Notes under the pieces: model-generated
The model's database searches: none
What the model saw: the letters and a program-made list of their open reading frames with translations, nothing else
Told to the model about the DNA's origin: nothing
Part shown: piece after piece, positions 1 to 11,592 of the stretch
How the letters are laid out: each line of letters opens with the position of its first letter
How positions within the stretch are numbered: position 1 is the stretch's first letter
Translations under genes and position numbers: made by a program
Assembly: GCA_037441845.1 (NCBI GenBank)
Contig: JBBIRK010000011.1
Coordinates: 1 to 14,391, forward strand
Direction: 5' to 3'
DNA length: 14,391 bases
Source: Candidatus Zixiibacteriota bacterium
Lineage (GTDB): Bacteria > Zixibacteria > MSB-5A5 > UBA10806 > 4484-95

Positions 1-54
1 TATCGTCCCTATATTCACATGCGGCTTCGTTCGCTCAAATCTCTCCTTGGCCAT
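1..54 (-). CDS. tuf: Elongation factor Tu, 5' fragment (runs off the left edge)
   Basis: Manual translation from ATG at 54: MAKERFERTKPHVNIGTI, the canonical EF-Tu N-terminus. SD AGGAG at 62-66. Follows fusA as in the str operon. Not in the ORF track. Confidence 0.97.
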   Translation of the reverse strand, partial: MAKERFERTKPHVNIGTI

Positions 55-105
55 TGAGAGTCTCCTGTTTATCCTTTCAGTTAACTATTCTTTCCATACG
101 AATAT

Positions 106-2193
106 TCAGTCTTGATAGACAAGACCTTTGGTTTTCTGCATAAGGCGCCCCCGTTCCTGTTCGGGCATTTTGGCATAATGCGAAAACTGCATCGAATATA
201 CGCCGCGGCCCTGAGAAAGCGAGCGCAATTTAGTGGCGTATCCGAACATTTCGGAAAGCGGCACCTGGGCGGCGACGACCTTGGCATCAGGCCGATCCGC
301 TATCCCCTCGATTTTGCCCCTTCGGCTCTTGATATCGCCGATGATATCACCAATATATTCTTCCGGCACCACCACTTCGATATCCATCACCGGCTCAAGC
401 AACACCGGGCCGGCTTTCTCGGCGGCATTTTGAAACGCCATCGACCCGGCGATTCTGAAAGCCAATTCCGACGAATCGACTTCATGGTAACTGCCGTCGA
501 GCAAGGTTACCTTCACATCGACCACAGGATAGCCGACGGCGATGCCGCTATCGAGAGAATCACGGATCCCTTTCTCAATCGCCGGAACGAATTCCCTGGG
601 AATCGCGCCTCCGACCAGTTTATTTTCGAATACGAATCCACTGCCAGGTTCGCCGGGCTCCAAATGCAGTTTGACATGGCCGTATTGTCCGCGGCCGCCG
701 GTTTGCCTTACGAACCGTCCCTCGCCGTCCGTGGGCAGAGTGATTGTTTCTTTGTAGGCGACTTGCGGTTTGCCGACATTCGCCGATACCTTGAACTCCC
801 GGAACATTCTATCTATCAGTATTTCCAAGTGGAGCTCGCCCATTCCCGAGATGATGGTCTGGTCGGTTTCGGGATCATGTTTTACCTTGAAGGTCGGATC
901 TTCCTCGGCAAGCCGCGAAAGAGCCTCCGATAATTTTTCCTGATCGGCCTTGGATTTCGGCTCGATCGCGATAAAGATAACCGGTTCAGGGAATACCATC
1001 TGCTCGAGAATTATGGGGGCGTTTTCGTCGCATATCGTATGGCCGGTCATCGAATGTTTGAACCCTATTCCCGCAACGATGTCACCGGCCGCCGCTTCTT
1101 TGATATCGCTTTTCTTATTCGCATGCATGAGAAGAAGGCGGGCGATTCTTTCATTTTTTCCGGTTATCGAATTGAATACGGTCGAGCCGGCGGAAATTTT
1201 TCCGGAATACACGCGGAAATAAGTCAGTTTTCCCACGTATGGGTCGGTGATAATTTTGAAAATCAACCCCGCGAACGGCTCACTGTAATCCGGCTTTCTG
1301 ATTAATTTTTCATGGCTTTCGGGATCGATGCCGGTAACCGGCGGAAGATCGAGCGGCGAGGGCAGGAAATGGACCACAGCGTCAAGCAGGTCTTGCACGC
1401 CCTTATTTTTGAAAGAGGATCCGCAAATCACGGGAAAGACCTTGCGATCAAGGGTCGCTTTGCGCAGGGCGTACATTATATCCTCGGGGGCCACCGGCAG
1501 ATCATTAAGGAATTTATCCATCAACTGTTCGTCGTAGTCGGATAGATTTTCCAGCAATTTTTCATGATACTCGACAGCCATGGGTCTTAACGAATCCGGT
1601 ATCTCGATATCATGATATGTGGCGCCCAAAGATTCATCGTCATAGGTTCGGCCTCGCATTTGAATCAAGTCGATGATACCGGTGAAAAGATCGCCGGAGC
1701 CGATCGGTATCTGGATAGGCACGGCGTTGGCGCCCAGTTTTTTGCGGATATTCTCGACGACGCCGAAAAAGTCCGAACCCACGCGATCCATTTTATTGAC
1801 GAACGCGATTCGAGGGACGCCGTATTTATCGGCTTGCCGCCAGACGGTTTCCGACTGAGGTTCGACTCCGCCTACCGCGCAGAAAAGAGCGATAGCACCA
1901 TCGAGCACTCTCAACGACCTTTCGACTTCTACTGTAAAATCGACATGCCCGGGGGTATCGATAATGTTGATTCGATGGTCGAGCCAGTAAACGGTGGTGG
2001 CAGCCGAAGTTATCGTGATGCCGCGCTCTTTCTCGAGGTCCATCCAATCCATGGTGGCCGCGCCGTCGTCGACCTCGCCCATGCGATGCACCCGGCCCGC
2101 ATAATAAAGAATACGTTCCGTGGTGGTGGTCTTGCCGGCGTCTATATGCGCCATGATCCCGATATTCCGCGTTTTCGATAATTCCATCTGCAT
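106..2193 (-). CDS. fusA: Elongation factor G
   Basis: Motifs [53 protein letters not shown] stop at 106-108. Start moved from 2247 to ATG 2193 (695 aa; weak SD GTGGA at 2201-2205). ATG 2187 is an alternative. Confidence 0.97.
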   Translation of the reverse strand: MQMELSKTRNIGIMAHIDAGKTTTTERILYYAGRVHRMGEVDDGAATMDWMDLEKERGITITSAATTVYWLDHRINIIDTPGHVDFTVEVERSLRVLDGAIALFCAVGGVEPQSETVWRQADKYGVPRIAFVNKMDRVGSDFFGVVENIRKKLGANAVPIQIPIGSGDLFTGIIDLIQMRGRTYDDESLGATYHDIEIPDSLRPMAVEYHEKLLENLSDYDEQLMDKFLNDLPVAPEDIMYALRKATLDRKVFPVICGSSFKNKGVQDLLDAVVHFLPSPLDLPPVTGIDPESHEKLIRKPDYSEPFAGLIFKIITDPYVGKLTYFRVYSGKISAGSTVFNSITGKNERIARLLLMHANKKSDIKEAAAGDIVAGIGFKHSMTGHTICDENAPIILEQMVFPEPVIFIAIEPKSKADQEKLSEALSRLAEEDPTFKVKHDPETDQTIISGMGELHLEILIDRMFREFKVSANVGKPQVAYKETITLPTDGEGRFVRQTGGRGQYGHVKLHLEPGEPGSGFVFENKLVGGAIPREFVPAIEKGIRDSLDSGIAVGYPVVDVKVTLLDGSYHEVDSSELAFRIAGSMAFQNAAEKAGPVLLEPVMDIEVVVPEEYIGDIIGDIKSRRGKIEGIADRPDAKVVAAQVPLSEMFGYATKLRSLSQGRGVYSMQFSHYAKMPEQERGRLMQKTKGLVYQD

Positions 2194-2320
2194 AAAAAAA
2201 TCCACTGCCGGATTTTGATTGCTCCCGAACGGAACAATTGGTCGCACCTTGCAGTGGATCCGATTCCGGTTATTTGCGATCGACTATGTAAAAAGAGTCG
2301 TCAAGAAAGCGCATTCCCGC
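2194..2320 (-). promoter_or_regulatory. Structured rpsG-fusA spacer, candidate cis-regulatory RNA
   Basis: Perfect 9-bp inverted repeat (2200-2208 / 2251-2259) enclosing an 8-bp hairpin (2218-2225 / 2231-2238). Competing 7-bp hairpin (2197-2203 / 2210-2216). 5-bp hairpin at 2281-2300. U7 run directly before the AUG. The pairings are seen in the sequence; function is inferred. Confidence 0.5.
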
Positions 2321-2791
2321 CTACCATCGGAAATGGGCGAAAGCCTTGTTGGCCTCGGCCATTTTGTGGGTGTCTTCTTTTTTCTTGATAGCGGCGCCCT
2401 CGTTTTTCGAGGCGGCGACGATTTCCATGGCCAATTTTTGCGCCATGCCTTTTTCGGGTCGCCCTGATGCGTAACCAATAAGCCACCTGATTGCCAGCGC
2501 GGTTCGTCTTTCGGCCCGAACCTCAACAGGGACTTGATAGTTAGCGCCGCCCACCCGGCGGGACTTAACCTCCAACAACGGTTTTACGTTATTAAGTGCC
2601 TTATGAAAAACATCCAGACCGGGCTGACCGGTCTTTTCCTGAACGATATCCAGCGCGCCATAAAACAGCCTTTCGGCGGTTTGCTTTTTCCCGCGTTTCA
2701 TTAGGCAGTTCACGAACTGCGTCACCAGCGGCAAGTTGTAACGCGGATCAGGCAATCTTTCCCGTTTCGGCGGAGCGTTTTTTCTGGGCAA
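2321..2791 (-). CDS. rpsG: 30S ribosomal protein S7
   Basis: 156 aa with [15 protein letters not shown] and [18 protein letters not shown] start with SD AGAGG upstream. Lies between rpsL and fusA. Confidence 0.98.
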   Translation of the reverse strand: MPRKNAPPKRERLPDPRYNLPLVTQFVNCLMKRGKKQTAERLFYGALDIVQEKTGQPGLDVFHKALNNVKPLLEVKSRRVGGANYQVPVEVRAERRTALAIRWLIGYASGRPEKGMAQKLAMEIVAASKNEGAAIKKKEDTHKMAEANKAFAHFRW

Positions 2792-2808
2792 GGTAATCCT
2801 CTACCTTT

Positions 2809-3183
2809 TTACTTTTTGGGTCTCTTTGTGCCGTATTTCGATCTACTCTTTTTGCGGTCGTTCACCCCGGCGGTGTCGAGCGTGCCCCGTATTATGTGAT
2901 AACGCACGCCCGGCAGATCCTTGACGCGACCGCCTCGTATCAAAACGATAGAGTGTTCCTGGAGGTTGTGCCCTTCGCCAGGGATATAGGCCGTAACTTC
3001 AATCCCATTGGTCAGCCTTACACGAGCGACTTTGCGCAGCGCGGAATTAGGTTTCTTCGGCGTCGATGTATAAACGCGGGTGCATACTCCTCTTTTCTGA
3101 GGGCACGAACGCAAAGCTGGAGTCTTCGGATTGACCGCAAGACTTTTCCTCGGCATCCTGACGAGCTGATTGATTGTCGGCAA
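2809..3183 (-). CDS. rpsL: 30S ribosomal protein S12
   Basis: 124 aa with [20 protein letters not shown] and [16 protein letters not shown] start with strong SD GGAGGAG. Confidence 0.99.
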   Translation of the reverse strand: MPTINQLVRMPRKSLAVNPKTPALRSCPQKRGVCTRVYTSTPKKPNSALRKVARVRLTNGIEVTAYIPGEGHNLQEHSIVLIRGGRVKDLPGVRYHIIRGTLDTAGVNDRKKSRSKYGTKRPKK

Positions 3184-3211
3184 CTACTCCTCCATTCTTA
3201 TAAACAGACTT

Positions 3212-3241
3212 ACAATATAAAATTCAAAAAAATCGTGTCAA
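3212..3241 (-). promoter_or_regulatory. Putative sigma70 promoter for rpsL-rpsG-fusA-tuf
   Basis: Perfect -35 TTGACA (3236-3241), followed by -10 TATATT (3214-3219, 16-nt spacer) or TATTGT (3212-3217, 18-nt spacer), in an AT-rich 65-nt spacer. Confidence 0.75.
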
Positions 3242-3248
3242 GCCATTT

Positions 3249-6200
3249 TTAGCCAATTGTTTCTATTTCCTTCTTCGTCTCGGCCTGTTGTGTTTCCCCT
3301 TCAACTTCTATTCGACGATATTTTTCCAGGCCGGTCCCGGCCGGGATAAGATGGCCGATTATCACGTTTTCTTTCAAGCCAAGAAGATTATCCTGCTTAC
3401 CGTTTATCGCCGCCTCCGTCAAGACCCGAGTCGTTTCCTGGAACGACGCCGCCGAAATGAAGCTTTCCGTGGATAGCGACGCCTTGGTGATTCCCATCAA
3501 CATCGGGGTAAACCGCGCCGGCTCTCCGCCCTCGGATTTTATCCTCTCGTTTTCGTCGTTGAATCTGATTCGGTCCACTTCCTCCCCCTCAAGGAAATTC
3601 GTGTCTCCCGAATCCTCGACTTTCACTTTCTGCAACATCTGACGGACAATCACCTCGATATGTTTATCGTTGATTTTGACTCCCTGAAGACGATAAACTT
3701 CTTGAATCTCATTCACCAGGTATTCCTGCACATCGTTGGGTCCCTTGATTCTTAAAATATCGTGCGGATCGATAGGTCCTTCGCACAGCCTTTCGCCCGC
3801 TTTAACCCGGTCTCCGTCATGAACCCTCATGTGTTTGCCATGAGGCACCAGATATTCCCTTACGTCGCCATGTTCACCGCGCACGAGAATTTGCTGGTTG
3901 CCTCTGATGATTTTGCCGTATTCGACCAACCCATCGATTTCGCTGACTACCGCCGGATCTTTCGGATGCCTGGCTTCGAACAGCTCGGCGACACGCGGCA
4001 AGCCGCCCGTAATATCCTTGGTTTTGAATATATCCCTGGGTATTTTTACGAGCGGATCTCCCGCTTTTACTTTATCGCCATCTTTGACTAAAAGGTTAGC
4101 CCCTATAGGGATAGGGTAGCTGGCGATTTTGTTTCCGGAATCGTTGAGTATTTGAATTTGGGGACGAAGCGATTTATCGCGTTGTTCGACGATGACTCTT
4201 GCTGAGAGTCCGGTCGATTCGTCGAGTTCTTCGCGGAAAGTCACGTTTTCGATAATATCGATGAACTGAACCGTTCCAGTTTTGTCGGTCAAAATCAGGT
4301 TGGTATGGGGATCCCATTCGAACAATACTGTATCTTTGGCGACATCCTGCCCATCGGTTACCTTGAGTTTGGCGCCGTAAGGTACTTTAAATCTTTGGCG
4401 GGTTCGCTTTTGGTCGTCGACGATGCGGATTTCGCCGTCGCGCGAAAGAACGACGGATTCGTCTTCTGTGTTGCCTTTGACCCGTTTGACTCCTTGCATC
4501 ATCACCTTGCCATCGGCGCGCGCTTCGATTTTCGACTGTTCGGCGATCACCGCCGCCGTTCCGCCGATATGGAACGTTCTCAGCGTAAGCTGGGTCCCAG
4601 GCTCGCCTATGGATTGGGCGGCGATCACACCGACCGCTTCACCGATATCCACGAGTCCGAAGCCTGCCAGATTGGAGCCGTAGCAATTCGCGCAAACGCC
4701 CCTTCTTGATTCGCAGGTGAGCACCGAGCGGATAAAAACTGTTTCGATTCCGGCCTCTTCAATGAGTTTGGCCGCATCTTCGGTGATCATATTCCCCGCT
4801 TCGATTAGCACCTCCTCGGTAATCGGGTGGATTACGTCTTCGAGAGCGACCCGGCCGAGAATACGGTCGGCCAACGATTCGATTACCTCTTCGCCCTCTT
4901 TCAAAGCGGCGACATTCAGACCCCTGATCGTCCCGCAATCCATTTCGGTGATAATCACGTCCTGGGCGACATCCACCAGCCTGCGGGTGAGATAACCGGC
5001 GTCGGCGGTTTTCAAGGCAGTGTCGGCCAATCCCTTGCGGGCGCCGTGAGTGGAAATGAAATACTCTTGAACGGTCAGACCATCCCGGAAATTCGAAATG
5101 ATCGGAGTCTCGATAATTTCACCGATTTGGCCGGTAATTTTTTTCTGCGGTTTGGCCATAAGGCCGCGCATTCCGGCCAATTGTCTCACCTGGTCTTTGG
5201 AACCGCGCGCTCCCGATGTGGCCATCATATATACGGGATTGAATCCTTCATCGATCGCCGCCAGGTTGTTGAACATCGCCTCAGTGACCTCGCTTGTGGT
5301 TCTTGTCCAGGTATCTATGATTTTGTTATAGCGTTCGCCGGCGGTTATCGCGCCTTTCTTATGCAGTGAAATGATCTGTTCAACATCCTTGAACGCCCGT
5401 TTGACCAACAATTCTTTCTCTTTGGGGATAACCAGATCGTCGATACCGACCGTAATTCCTCCCAGAGTCGCGTATTCGAAACCGATACGTTTGAGATGGT
5501 CAAGCAAAATGGCCGTGCGCGCCGATCCGATTACGTTGTAAGCTCGGGCCAACCACTTTTCGAGATTCGACTTGGTCGCCAGGTCATTAATGAACCCGAG
5601 TTCTTTGGGTATTACTTCGTTGAAGATTATCCGGCCGGCGGTGGTTTTAATAGGCTTGGCGCCATCCTCGAGCCGAACATTTATCCAGGCATGTAGGTCG
5701 ATTTCGCCCATGGCATGGGCATAGATGGCTTGATCGGGATGTGCGAAATACTTGCCCTCGCCCTTGGCTCCCTTTTTCGAATTGGTCAGGTAATAACAAC
5801 CGATTACCATATCCTGCGACGGCACCGCAATCGGCTTTCCCGATGACGGTTGGAGTAAATTATTAGAGGAAAGCATGAGAACCTGAGCCTCGAGTTGTGC
5901 CTCGAATGAGAGCGGCACATGAACAGCCATTTGGTCGCCGTCGAAATCGGCGTTGAATGCGGCGCAAACGAGCGGATGAAGCCTAATAGCTTTGCCCTCG
6001 ACCAACACCGGATAGAATGCTTGTATGCCCAGACGGTGCAATGTGGGTGCGCGATTGAGAAGTATAGGATGATCCTTGATTATTTCCTCGAGTATATCCC
6101 AAACCTCCGGTCTTTCCCTTTCGACAAGTCTTTTGGCGCTTTTCACCGTTTGGACGAATCCTTTTTCCTCGAGCTTGTGAATAATGAACGGTTTGAATAA

Positions 6201-7319
6201 CTCGAGCGCCATGCTCTTGGGCAGACCGCATTGCCAGATTTTCAGCTCGGGACCCACCACGATAACCGAACGGCCGGAATAATCGACTCTTTTGCCGAGC
6301 AGATTTTGGCGGAATCTTCCCTGCTTGCCTTTGAGCAGATCGGAAAGCGACTTCAGGGGTCTCTTGGAGTCGCCGCGCACCGAGCGGCTGCGCCGTCCGT
6401 TATCGAACAGCGCATCGACGGCTTCTTGCAGCATCCGTTTTTCGTTGCGCAGGATAACCTCGGGCGCTTTTATTTCGATCAATTTTTTCAGGCGGTTATT
6501 GCGATTGATCACGCGCCTGTAAAGATCGTTGAGATCGGATGTGGCGAACCGGCCTCCCTCGAGAGGGACCAGCGGGCGCAAATCAGGCGGAATCACCGGT
6601 ATGACATCCATTATCATCCATTCGGGCTTGTTGCCCGACTGCCGGAACGCTTCGATCACTTTCAGCCGTTTCAAAACGTCGCGTTTTCTTTGGGCCGATG
6701 TCTCGACCTTGACCTGGGCGCGCAGTGAGATCGCCAGCTCTTCGATATCGATGCCGCGCAGCAATTCCCGTATGGCTTCCGCTCCCATGAGCGCTTTGAA
6801 CTGCCGACCCTGCTCCTCCAGCTCCATATATTCTTCTTCGGTGATGATATCTTTATATTTGCGGGAGGTGTTGCCCGGATCGATTATAACGTACGATTGA
6901 TAGTATATTATTCTTTCCAGCTCGCGCACGGTCATATCGAGCAGATAGCCCACTCTTGACGGCAACGAGTGCGTATACCAGATATGGGTCACCGGCACCG
7001 CGAGCTCGATATGTCCCATCCTCTCGCGCCTGACTTTCGACTGCGTGACTTCAACGCCACAACGATCGCACACGATGCCGCGGAATCGAATCCGTTTATA
7101 TTTGCCGCAATTGCATTCCCAGTCCTTGACAGGACCGAATATCCGTTCGCAAAACAGGCCATCGCGTTCGGGTTTGAACGAACGATAGTTGATGGTTTCG
7201 GGCTTGGTGACTTCGCCGAAAGACCATTCCCTTATGGTTTCCGGCGATGCCAGTTTCACCCGAATAGCGGCGAATTCGGACGGCTTCTTCTGATTTCTGG
7301 CAAAAGGATCGACCACCAT
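3249..7319 (-). CDS. rpoC: DNA-directed RNA polymerase beta' subunit
   Basis: 1356 aa. Catalytic NADFDGD, Zn finger CNCGKY...[25 protein letters not shown], bridge helix [15 protein letters not shown], trigger loop LTLRTFH. SD AAGGAG. Confidence 0.99.
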   Translation of the reverse strand: MVVDPFARNQKKPSEFAAIRVKLASPETIREWSFGEVTKPETINYRSFKPERDGLFCERIFGPVKDWECNCGKYKRIRFRGIVCDRCGVEVTQSKVRRERMGHIELAVPVTHIWYTHSLPSRVGYLLDMTVRELERIIYYQSYVIIDPGNTSRKYKDIITEEEYMELEEQGRQFKALMGAEAIRELLRGIDIEELAISLRAQVKVETSAQRKRDVLKRLKVIEAFRQSGNKPEWMIMDVIPVIPPDLRPLVPLEGGRFATSDLNDLYRRVINRNNRLKKLIEIKAPEVILRNEKRMLQEAVDALFDNGRRSRSVRGDSKRPLKSLSDLLKGKQGRFRQNLLGKRVDYSGRSVIVVGPELKIWQCGLPKSMALELFKPFIIHKLEEKGFVQTVKSAKRLVERERPEVWDILEEIIKDHPILLNRAPTLHRLGIQAFYPVLVEGKAIRLHPLVCAAFNADFDGDQMAVHVPLSFEAQLEAQVLMLSSNNLLQPSSGKPIAVPSQDMVIGCYYLTNSKKGAKGEGKYFAHPDQAIYAHAMGEIDLHAWINVRLEDGAKPIKTTAGRIIFNEVIPKELGFINDLATKSNLEKWLARAYNVIGSARTAILLDHLKRIGFEYATLGGITVGIDDLVIPKEKELLVKRAFKDVEQIISLHKKGAITAGERYNKIIDTWTRTTSEVTEAMFNNLAAIDEGFNPVYMMATSGARGSKDQVRQLAGMRGLMAKPQKKITGQIGEIIETPIISNFRDGLTVQEYFISTHGARKGLADTALKTADAGYLTRRLVDVAQDVIITEMDCGTIRGLNVAALKEGEEVIESLADRILGRVALEDVIHPITEEVLIEAGNMITEDAAKLIEEAGIETVFIRSVLTCESRRGVCANCYGSNLAGFGLVDIGEAVGVIAAQSIGEPGTQLTLRTFHIGGTAAVIAEQSKIEARADGKVMMQGVKRVKGNTEDESVVLSRDGEIRIVDDQKRTRQRFKVPYGAKLKVTDGQDVAKDTVLFEWDPHTNLILTDKTGTVQFIDIIENVTFREELDESTGLSARVIVEQRDKSLRPQIQILNDSGNKIASYPIPIGANLLVKDGDKVKAGDPLVKIPRDIFKTKDITGGLPRVAELFEARHPKDPAVVSEIDGLVEYGKIIRGNQQILVRGEHGDVREYLVPHGKHMRVHDGDRVKAGERLCEGPIDPHDILRIKGPNDVQEYLVNEIQEVYRLQGVKINDKHIEVIVRQMLQKVKVEDSGDTNFLEGEEVDRIRFNDENERIKSEGGEPARFTPMLMGITKASLSTESFISAASFQETTRVLTEAAINGKQDNLLGLKENVIIGHLIPAGTGLEKYRRIEVEGETQQAETKKEIETIG

Positions 7320-7355
7320 AGTCTCCTTTGCTATTTAATTAATCCCCCTACACAT

Positions 7356-10300
7356 TTACTTTTCGAGCAACTCAACATCGAGGCCGAGAGCCTGAAGCTC
7401 CTTCACCAAAACGTTGAACGATTCGGGAACGCCCGGTTCCGGCGGATTTTCGCCTTTTACGATCGCCTCATAAATGCGAGAACGTCCAGCCACGTCGTCC
7501 GATTTGACGGTCAGCATCTCCTGCAAAGTGTAAGCCGAGCCATACGCCTCGAGCGCCCATACCTCCATTTCGCCGAATCTCTGGCCCCCGAATTGCGCTT
7601 TACCGCCCAGGGGCTGCTGGGTGACAAGCGAATAGGGGCCGATCGATCTGGCATGGATTTTATCATCGACAAGATGTGACAACTTCATCATGTAAATCTG
7701 CCCGACGGTGATAGGTTTGCTGAACGGTTCTCCGGTCAGACCGTCGTAAACGATGGACTTGCCGTCTTCCGGTAATCCGGCCTTCTTTAAAAGATCTTTG
7801 ATTTCCCCGATGCTGGCGCCGTCGAACACCGGCGAGGCGACTTTCAAATTGAGCTTTTCCGCCGCCCAACCGAGATGGGTTTCGAGAAGCTGACCGACGT
7901 TCATACGCGACGGCACACCGAGTGGGTTGAGCAGAATATCCAGCGGCGTGCCATCGGGAAGATAAGGCATATCCTCCACCGGAACGATTCTGGCGATCAC
8001 GCCCTTGTTACCGTGCCGACCGGCCATTTTATCACCAACGGCCAGATGCCTCTTGGTTGCGATCTTGACTTTAACCAGTTGGACGACTCCCGGAGGAAGT
8101 TCGGTTCCACGCTGGATTTTATCGATTTCTATTTCAAGTTGAGCTTCTTTTTGCTGAATTCTGTCGAGCGCTTGAGCGCAGAGCCTGGCTGCCTTTTTAT
8201 TGAGCGATTCGTCCGCCGTAAAACCGCCGTCGGTCACCAAGGAGCGAGCCTGGCAATCGCTGAACGAATCGTCTTTTATTTTCGTGCCGGCCTTCAGAAC
8301 AACTTCGTCCTTTTCATCGCGGATCGTGCGCGCGGTATGTCCCGACAGCAATGAACCGAGCTTACGGTTGCGCATCGCAATGATCTGATCGATCTGCTTG
8401 GCGAAAGCCCGCTTGACTTTCGAAATATCCGCGCGCTCCTGCTTCTTTGCATCCTCGGAACGGCTTTTTCGCGAGAAGAGCTTGGTATCGATTACGATTC
8501 CCTTCATTCCCGGCGGCGCTTTCAATGAGGCATCACGGACATCGCCGGCCTTTTCGCCGAAAATCGCCCGCAGAAGCCTTTCCTCGGGAGAAAGTTCCGT
8601 TTCCCCTTTGGGAGTAACCTTGCCCACAAGAACATCGCCCGCCTCGACTTCGGCTCCGATCCTGACGATTCCCCTTTCATCGAGATTGGCGATCGCTTCT
8701 TCGGATACGTTGGGGATTTCCCTGGTGATTTCTTCGGCTCCCCGCTTCGTATCACGGACTTGCAGCTCGAATTCTTCTATGTGAATCGAGGTGAACACAT
8801 CCTCGCTAATGAGCCGTTCGGATACGATGATGGCGTCTTCGAAATTGTAACCTCTCCAAGGCATGAATCCGACCAGAACGTTTCTTCCGAGAGCAAGCTC
8901 GCCTTTGTCGGTTGCCGGACCGTCGGCTATCGGCTGGCCTGCCTCGACCTTCTGTCCCAGCTCCACGATCGGCTTGTATCCGATACAAGTATCCTGATTC
9001 GAGCGCGCGAATTTTCGCAGAGGATATTGGTCATTCTCGGAATTATCCATGGAGTCGTCGCTGTCGCGCCCGTGGGGTTTGATTTCGATCATGCCGGCGT
9101 CGACGGCCACCACCACACCGGCCCTTTTAGCGGTTATCACCGCATAAGAATCCACGGCCGTGCGTTCCTCGACCCCGGTTCCCACTATGGGCGCCTCGGT
9201 AATCAAAAGAGGCACGGCTTGCCTTTGCATGTTGGATCCCATCAGCGCACGGTTGGCATCGTCGTGTTCGAGAAACGGTATCAACGCCGCCGCCACCGAA
9301 ACGAGCTGAACCGGGGAAACGTCCATATAATGCACTTCTTCGGGTGAAACGGCGACGATATCGCCGCGGCTGCGAGCCATGACCAGCTTGTTTTGGAATC
9401 TGCCGTGACTGTCGAGCGGTTCGTTCGCCTGGGCGATTACGTATCGATCATCGATATCGGCGGTAAGATACTCGATCTGTGATGTAACCTTGCCGTTGAC
9501 GACTTTTCTATAGGGGGTTTCGAGAAATCCATATTTATTGATTCTGCCGTAACAAGCCAGCGAACTTATCAAGCCGATATTGGGACCCTCAGGCGTTTCG
9601 ATCGGGCACATGCGACCGTAATGAGTGTGGTGAACGTCGCGCACTTTGAATCCCGCCCGTTCCCGCGTCAATCCACCCGGACCGAGCGCCGACAATCTGC
9701 GTTTATGCGTCAGTTCCGCCAAGGGATTGGTCTGGTCCATGAATTGCGATAATTGCGATGATCCAAAGAACGTCTCCACGACGGACGACACGGTGCGCGC
9801 GTTGACCAGTTCCTGAGGGGTTGGCGATTCCGCATCGCGCAGGCTCATTCTTTCCTTTATGGTTCTGGCCATGCGCATCAAGCCGACCGAAAATTGGCTT
9901 CCCAGAAGTTCGCCGACCGTCCGAGCGCGACGATTGCCGAGATGATCGATATCATCGACTTCACCCCTGCCGTTACGGAGATCCAGCAGATATTTGACGA
10001 TGGCGACGAAATCCTGCTTGTCGAGAACCGTTTGATCCAATGGGATATTCAAACCCAGCCGTTGATTGATCATATAACGTCCGACATCGCCCAGATCGTA
10101 CCTCTTGGGATTGAAAAACATCTTCTCGAGCAAAGCGTTTGCCATTTCCGGCGTCGGTGCATCGCCCGGCCGGATCAGAGTATACAGCCTATTCAAGGCA
10201 TCGTCGGAGGATCTTATTTTGTCTTTTTTATCTTTGGCAATCGTGTTCGCCAGCACCGGCACATCGCGCGATGGATCGATATCAATAACATTGATGCTGC

Positions 10301-11129
10301 GAATGTTGTGATCGACGAGCTTTTGCACCGATTCTTCAGTCAGCGTCTCGGCGGCATCTACGACGATCTCCCCTGAATCGGGATTCACGACAGGCTCGGC
10401 GGTTATTTTACCGACCAGCTTGGCATTCCTTTTCGAACTTACTGGTTCTTCGACAAGATTATGAAAAGCCTTCAGCAGATCGGAATCACTCGAATAACCT
10501 ATCGTTCGCAAAAGGGTGGTCGCCGTCAATTTGCGCCTCGAGTCGATATGCACGAACATGATGTCGTTAATATCGAGAGTAAACTCGACCCACGAGCCGC
10601 GGTATGGGATGATTCTGGCGGAAAACAGTTTCTTTCCGTTCGGATGAACCTCTTCGTCGAAAAACACGCCCGGAGAGCGGTGAAGCTGGCTGACGATGAC
10701 CCTTTCGGCGCCATTGATAATGAAGGTTCCGCGCTCGGTCATCAACGGCAATTCTCCCAGAAAAACATCCTGCTCGATAATATCCTTGACCCGGGAACCG
10801 GCTCCGGGTGCTTCGCGGGTTACCAGCCTAAGTGTGGCTTTCAGAGGACCCCCGAAAGTCATGTTTCTTTCCTGGCATTCTTCTATAGTGTATCGCGGCT
10901 GGTCGATTATATATCTGACGAATTCGAGCGAGTAAATTTCCTGGACGTCGGTTATCGGGAAAATTTGCAAAAACACGGCCTGCAGGCCTTTATTTTCCCT
11001 TTTATCGGGATGAATTTTGGCCTGCAGGAACTCCTCGTATGAATCCGTCTGGATTGCCGCCAGATGGGGCAAATCTAAAGCGCTCCCCAATTTGGAAAAG
11101 GAGACGCGCTTTCCATTCTTGGAGATCAC
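7356..11129 (-). CDS. rpoB: DNA-directed RNA polymerase beta subunit
   Basis: 1257 aa. [16 protein letters not shown], rifampicin cluster SQLSQFMDQ...[40 protein letters not shown] start with SD GGGAGG. Confidence 0.99.
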   Translation of the reverse strand: MISKNGKRVSFSKLGSALDLPHLAAIQTDSYEEFLQAKIHPDKRENKGLQAVFLQIFPITDVQEIYSLEFVRYIIDQPRYTIEECQERNMTFGGPLKATLRLVTREAPGAGSRVKDIIEQDVFLGELPLMTERGTFIINGAERVIVSQLHRSPGVFFDEEVHPNGKKLFSARIIPYRGSWVEFTLDINDIMFVHIDSRRKLTATTLLRTIGYSSDSDLLKAFHNLVEEPVSSKRNAKLVGKITAEPVVNPDSGEIVVDAAETLTEESVQKLVDHNIRSINVIDIDPSRDVPVLANTIAKDKKDKIRSSDDALNRLYTLIRPGDAPTPEMANALLEKMFFNPKRYDLGDVGRYMINQRLGLNIPLDQTVLDKQDFVAIVKYLLDLRNGRGEVDDIDHLGNRRARTVGELLGSQFSVGLMRMARTIKERMSLRDAESPTPQELVNARTVSSVVETFFGSSQLSQFMDQTNPLAELTHKRRLSALGPGGLTRERAGFKVRDVHHTHYGRMCPIETPEGPNIGLISSLACYGRINKYGFLETPYRKVVNGKVTSQIEYLTADIDDRYVIAQANEPLDSHGRFQNKLVMARSRGDIVAVSPEEVHYMDVSPVQLVSVAAALIPFLEHDDANRALMGSNMQRQAVPLLITEAPIVGTGVEERTAVDSYAVITAKRAGVVVAVDAGMIEIKPHGRDSDDSMDNSENDQYPLRKFARSNQDTCIGYKPIVELGQKVEAGQPIADGPATDKGELALGRNVLVGFMPWRGYNFEDAIIVSERLISEDVFTSIHIEEFELQVRDTKRGAEEITREIPNVSEEAIANLDERGIVRIGAEVEAGDVLVGKVTPKGETELSPEERLLRAIFGEKAGDVRDASLKAPPGMKGIVIDTKLFSRKSRSEDAKKQERADISKVKRAFAKQIDQIIAMRNRKLGSLLSGHTARTIRDEKDEVVLKAGTKIKDDSFSDCQARSLVTDGGFTADESLNKKAARLCAQALDRIQQKEAQLEIEIDKIQRGTELPPGVVQLVKVKIATKRHLAVGDKMAGRHGNKGVIARIVPVEDMPYLPDGTPLDILLNPLGVPSRMNVGQLLETHLGWAAEKLNLKVASPVFDGASIGEIKDLLKKAGLPEDGKSIVYDGLTGEPFSKPITVGQIYMMKLSHLVDDKIHARSIGPYSLVTQQPLGGKAQFGGQRFGEMEVWALEAYGSAYTLQEMLTVKSDDVAGRSRIYEAIVKGENPPEPGVPESFNVLVKELQALGLDVELLEK

Positions 11130-11159
11130 AAGGACCCTCCCTGAGGATTACTCCCCAAA

Positions 11160-11540
11160 TTATTTTATGGTAACGGTCGCGCCGGCTTCTTGTAGTTTGG
11201 CTTTTGCGGCTTCCGCCTCTTCCTTGGAAACGCCCTCTTTGACTACACCCGGGGCATTATCCACGAGGTCTTTGGCTTCCTTGAGGCCGAGATTCGTCAG
11301 TTCGCGCACTACTTTGATTACCTGGATTTTCTTGTCGCCCGCAGATTCGATCACCACATTGAATTCAGTTTTCTCCTCGGCCGGGGCCGCTGCCGCACCG
11401 CCGCCAGCCGCCACCGCCACAGGGGCAGCCACAGCGGCGGAAATGCCGAACTCTTCCTGCATTTTCTTCGAAAGGTCGGACAGCTCAATAACCGTCATAC
11501 CTTTGATGATATCGAATGCTTGGTTTACTTTTTCGCTCAT
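11160..11540 (-). CDS. rplL: 50S ribosomal protein L7/L12
   Basis: 126 aa. Ala-rich hinge, [34 protein letters not shown]-like AGAGGT (11545-11550) and TAAGGA (11554-11559). Confidence 0.98.
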   Translation of the reverse strand: MSEKVNQAFDIIKGMTVIELSDLSKKMQEEFGISAAVAAPVAVAAGGGAAAAPAEEKTEFNVVIESAGDKKIQVIKVVRELTNLGLKEAKDLVDNAPGVVKEGVSKEEAEAAKAKLQEAGATVTIK

Positions 11541-11592
11541 ATCAACCTCTACTTCCTTATTATTATTGAATAAATTTAACCTTCAGGTGATC

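Noticed and set aside
2194..2247. N-terminal extension of EF-G ([18 protein letters not shown]) in the ORF track
   Set aside because: It does not resemble EF-G sequence and coincides with the hairpin region. Typical EF-G length fits a start at 2193 or 2187.
2194..2259. Classical intrinsic terminator before fusA (stem plus U7)
   Set aside because: The stem encloses 42 nt rather than a short loop, and the U-run abuts the start codon of an essential gene. Reported as a candidate regulatory structure instead.
2809..3183. Streptomycin-resistance alleles in S12
   Set aside because: The PKKPNS and RVKDLPG lysines are intact.
9660..9770. Intrinsic rifampicin-resistance substitutions in RpoB
   Set aside because: Residues equivalent to Q513, D516, H526, R529, S531 and L533 are all wild type. 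Ala at the 522-equivalent position is a common natural variant.
81..10714. Short alternative-frame minus-strand ORFs (81..287, 1826..2047, 2284..2526, 2301..2486, 5983..6231, 7663..7869, 8522..8755, 8806..8988, 10526..10714)
   Set aside because: They are nested out of frame in fusA, rpsG, rpoC or rpoB, with no recognisable motifs and no sign that the host frames are broken.
3249..11129. Inteins, introns, frameshifts, split rpoC or rpoB-rpoC fusion
   Set aside because: Both ORFs are continuous, of normal length and separately terminated. The insertions fall at known lineage-specific sites and show no intein motifs.
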